From Nitrospinota bacterium (GTDB lineage: Bacteria > UBA8248): 15,599 nucleotides of DNA. This document shows, one piece after another, positions 15,317-15,599 of this stretch. The first letter of the stretch is position 1. Every line of letters begins with the position of its first letter. Position numbers and translations under genes: made by a program. The stretch spans positions 1 through 15,599 of the forward strand of contig JAYGFR010000141.1 in NCBI GenBank assembly GCA_046581755.1, read 5' to 3'. Below the pieces are notes generated by a model. That model saw only the letters and a program-made list of their open reading frames with translations. It was not told the origin of the DNA and ran no database searches.

Positions 15317-15426
15317 AGAACTTCGGGCAAATGCTGAAACGTTGACGAATATTCGGGGAGTTTCGCGGAGGTTCACGAAAATCCGGCCACATGCCGGAAG
15401 GTTCACGAAGATCCGGGCAGGTCCGT
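15317..15426. repeat. Degenerate 10-bp-period array, copy 2 (direct repeat, offset 191 bp)
   Basis: Units agaacttcgg gcaaatgctg aaacgttgac gaatattcgg ggagtttcgc ggaggttcac gaaaatccgg ccacatgccg gaaggttcac gaagatccgg gcaggtccgt. CGGCCACATGCC also recurs at the same 191-bp offset (15193 and 15384). Confidence 0.85.
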
Positions 15427-15558
15427 CGAGGCTCGTTGGGGCATCGGGAGGTGGAATAAGCCCGACTTCCCGCCCGCTAAGTTTCGCTTAAACGCAATTT
15501 TTAACCTGGATTTCCCATATCGATCCATGATGATTCCACCATTCAATCGGCTACTGTT

Positions 15559-15593
15559 TATAATACGGAAAAATGGTTCCAGTGGTACCATTT
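15559..15593 (+). promoter_or_regulatory. TATAAT -10 box followed by a 23-bp dyad operator, probably for a gene beyond the window
   Basis: TATAAT at 15559-15564 in an AT-rich stretch. AAATGGTTCCA-G-TGGTACCATTT (15571-15593) has 11-bp arms with one mismatch. No good -35 box at 17 bp. Confidence 0.5.
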
Positions 15594-15599
15594 ACGTCT

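Noticed and set aside
15147..15373. Two identical 36-bp sequences as a CRISPR mini-array
   Set aside because: There are only two copies, they are separated by 155 nt, similarity extends into the flanks, and there is no cas gene in the window.
14881..15491. ORFs 14881-15219 (+), 15243-15491 (+) and 15182-15406 (-) as repeat proteins (TLTNIRGVSRRF)
   Set aside because: The shared peptide is a by-product of the DNA repeat. One ORF overlaps ygfZ antisense, none has a convincing RBS or family motif, and the base period is 10 bp, not a codon multiple.

Overview
Bacterial, mostly GC-rich chromosomal window with no recognisable mobile element, tRNA/rRNA or CRISPR array. The + strand block (1-9903) holds the 3' part of an FdhF/YdeP-family molybdoenzyme, then a tightly coupled operon (M29/NicX-fold metalloprotein, hydantoinase/oxoprolinase A, hydantoinase/oxoprolinase B), then a second, fused A+B hydantoinase/oxoprolinase. 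The - strand block (9932-14954) reads ygfZ-like, DUF2203, pckA, a 4-oxalocrotonate tautomerase gene missed by the ORF track, a nitrilase-superfamily hydrolase and a CopD/DUF4149-like membrane protein. The main oddities are as follows. (1) The 1192-aa fused hydantoinase is an intact ORF but has lost several ATP- and metal-site motifs and about 110 internal residues, so it is a candidate pseudoenzyme. (2) Several neighbouring enzymes carry non-canonical catalytic residues (nitrilase Lys->Arg; M29 Glu->Gln). (3) The tautomerase has an in-frame TAA exactly at the conserved aromatic residue 50. (4) The structured pckA leader contains a terminator-like hairpin. (5) A duplicated, 10-bp-phased GAAnnTTC-like array lies at 15126-15426. 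Family assignments come from motif recognition only; no searches were run.
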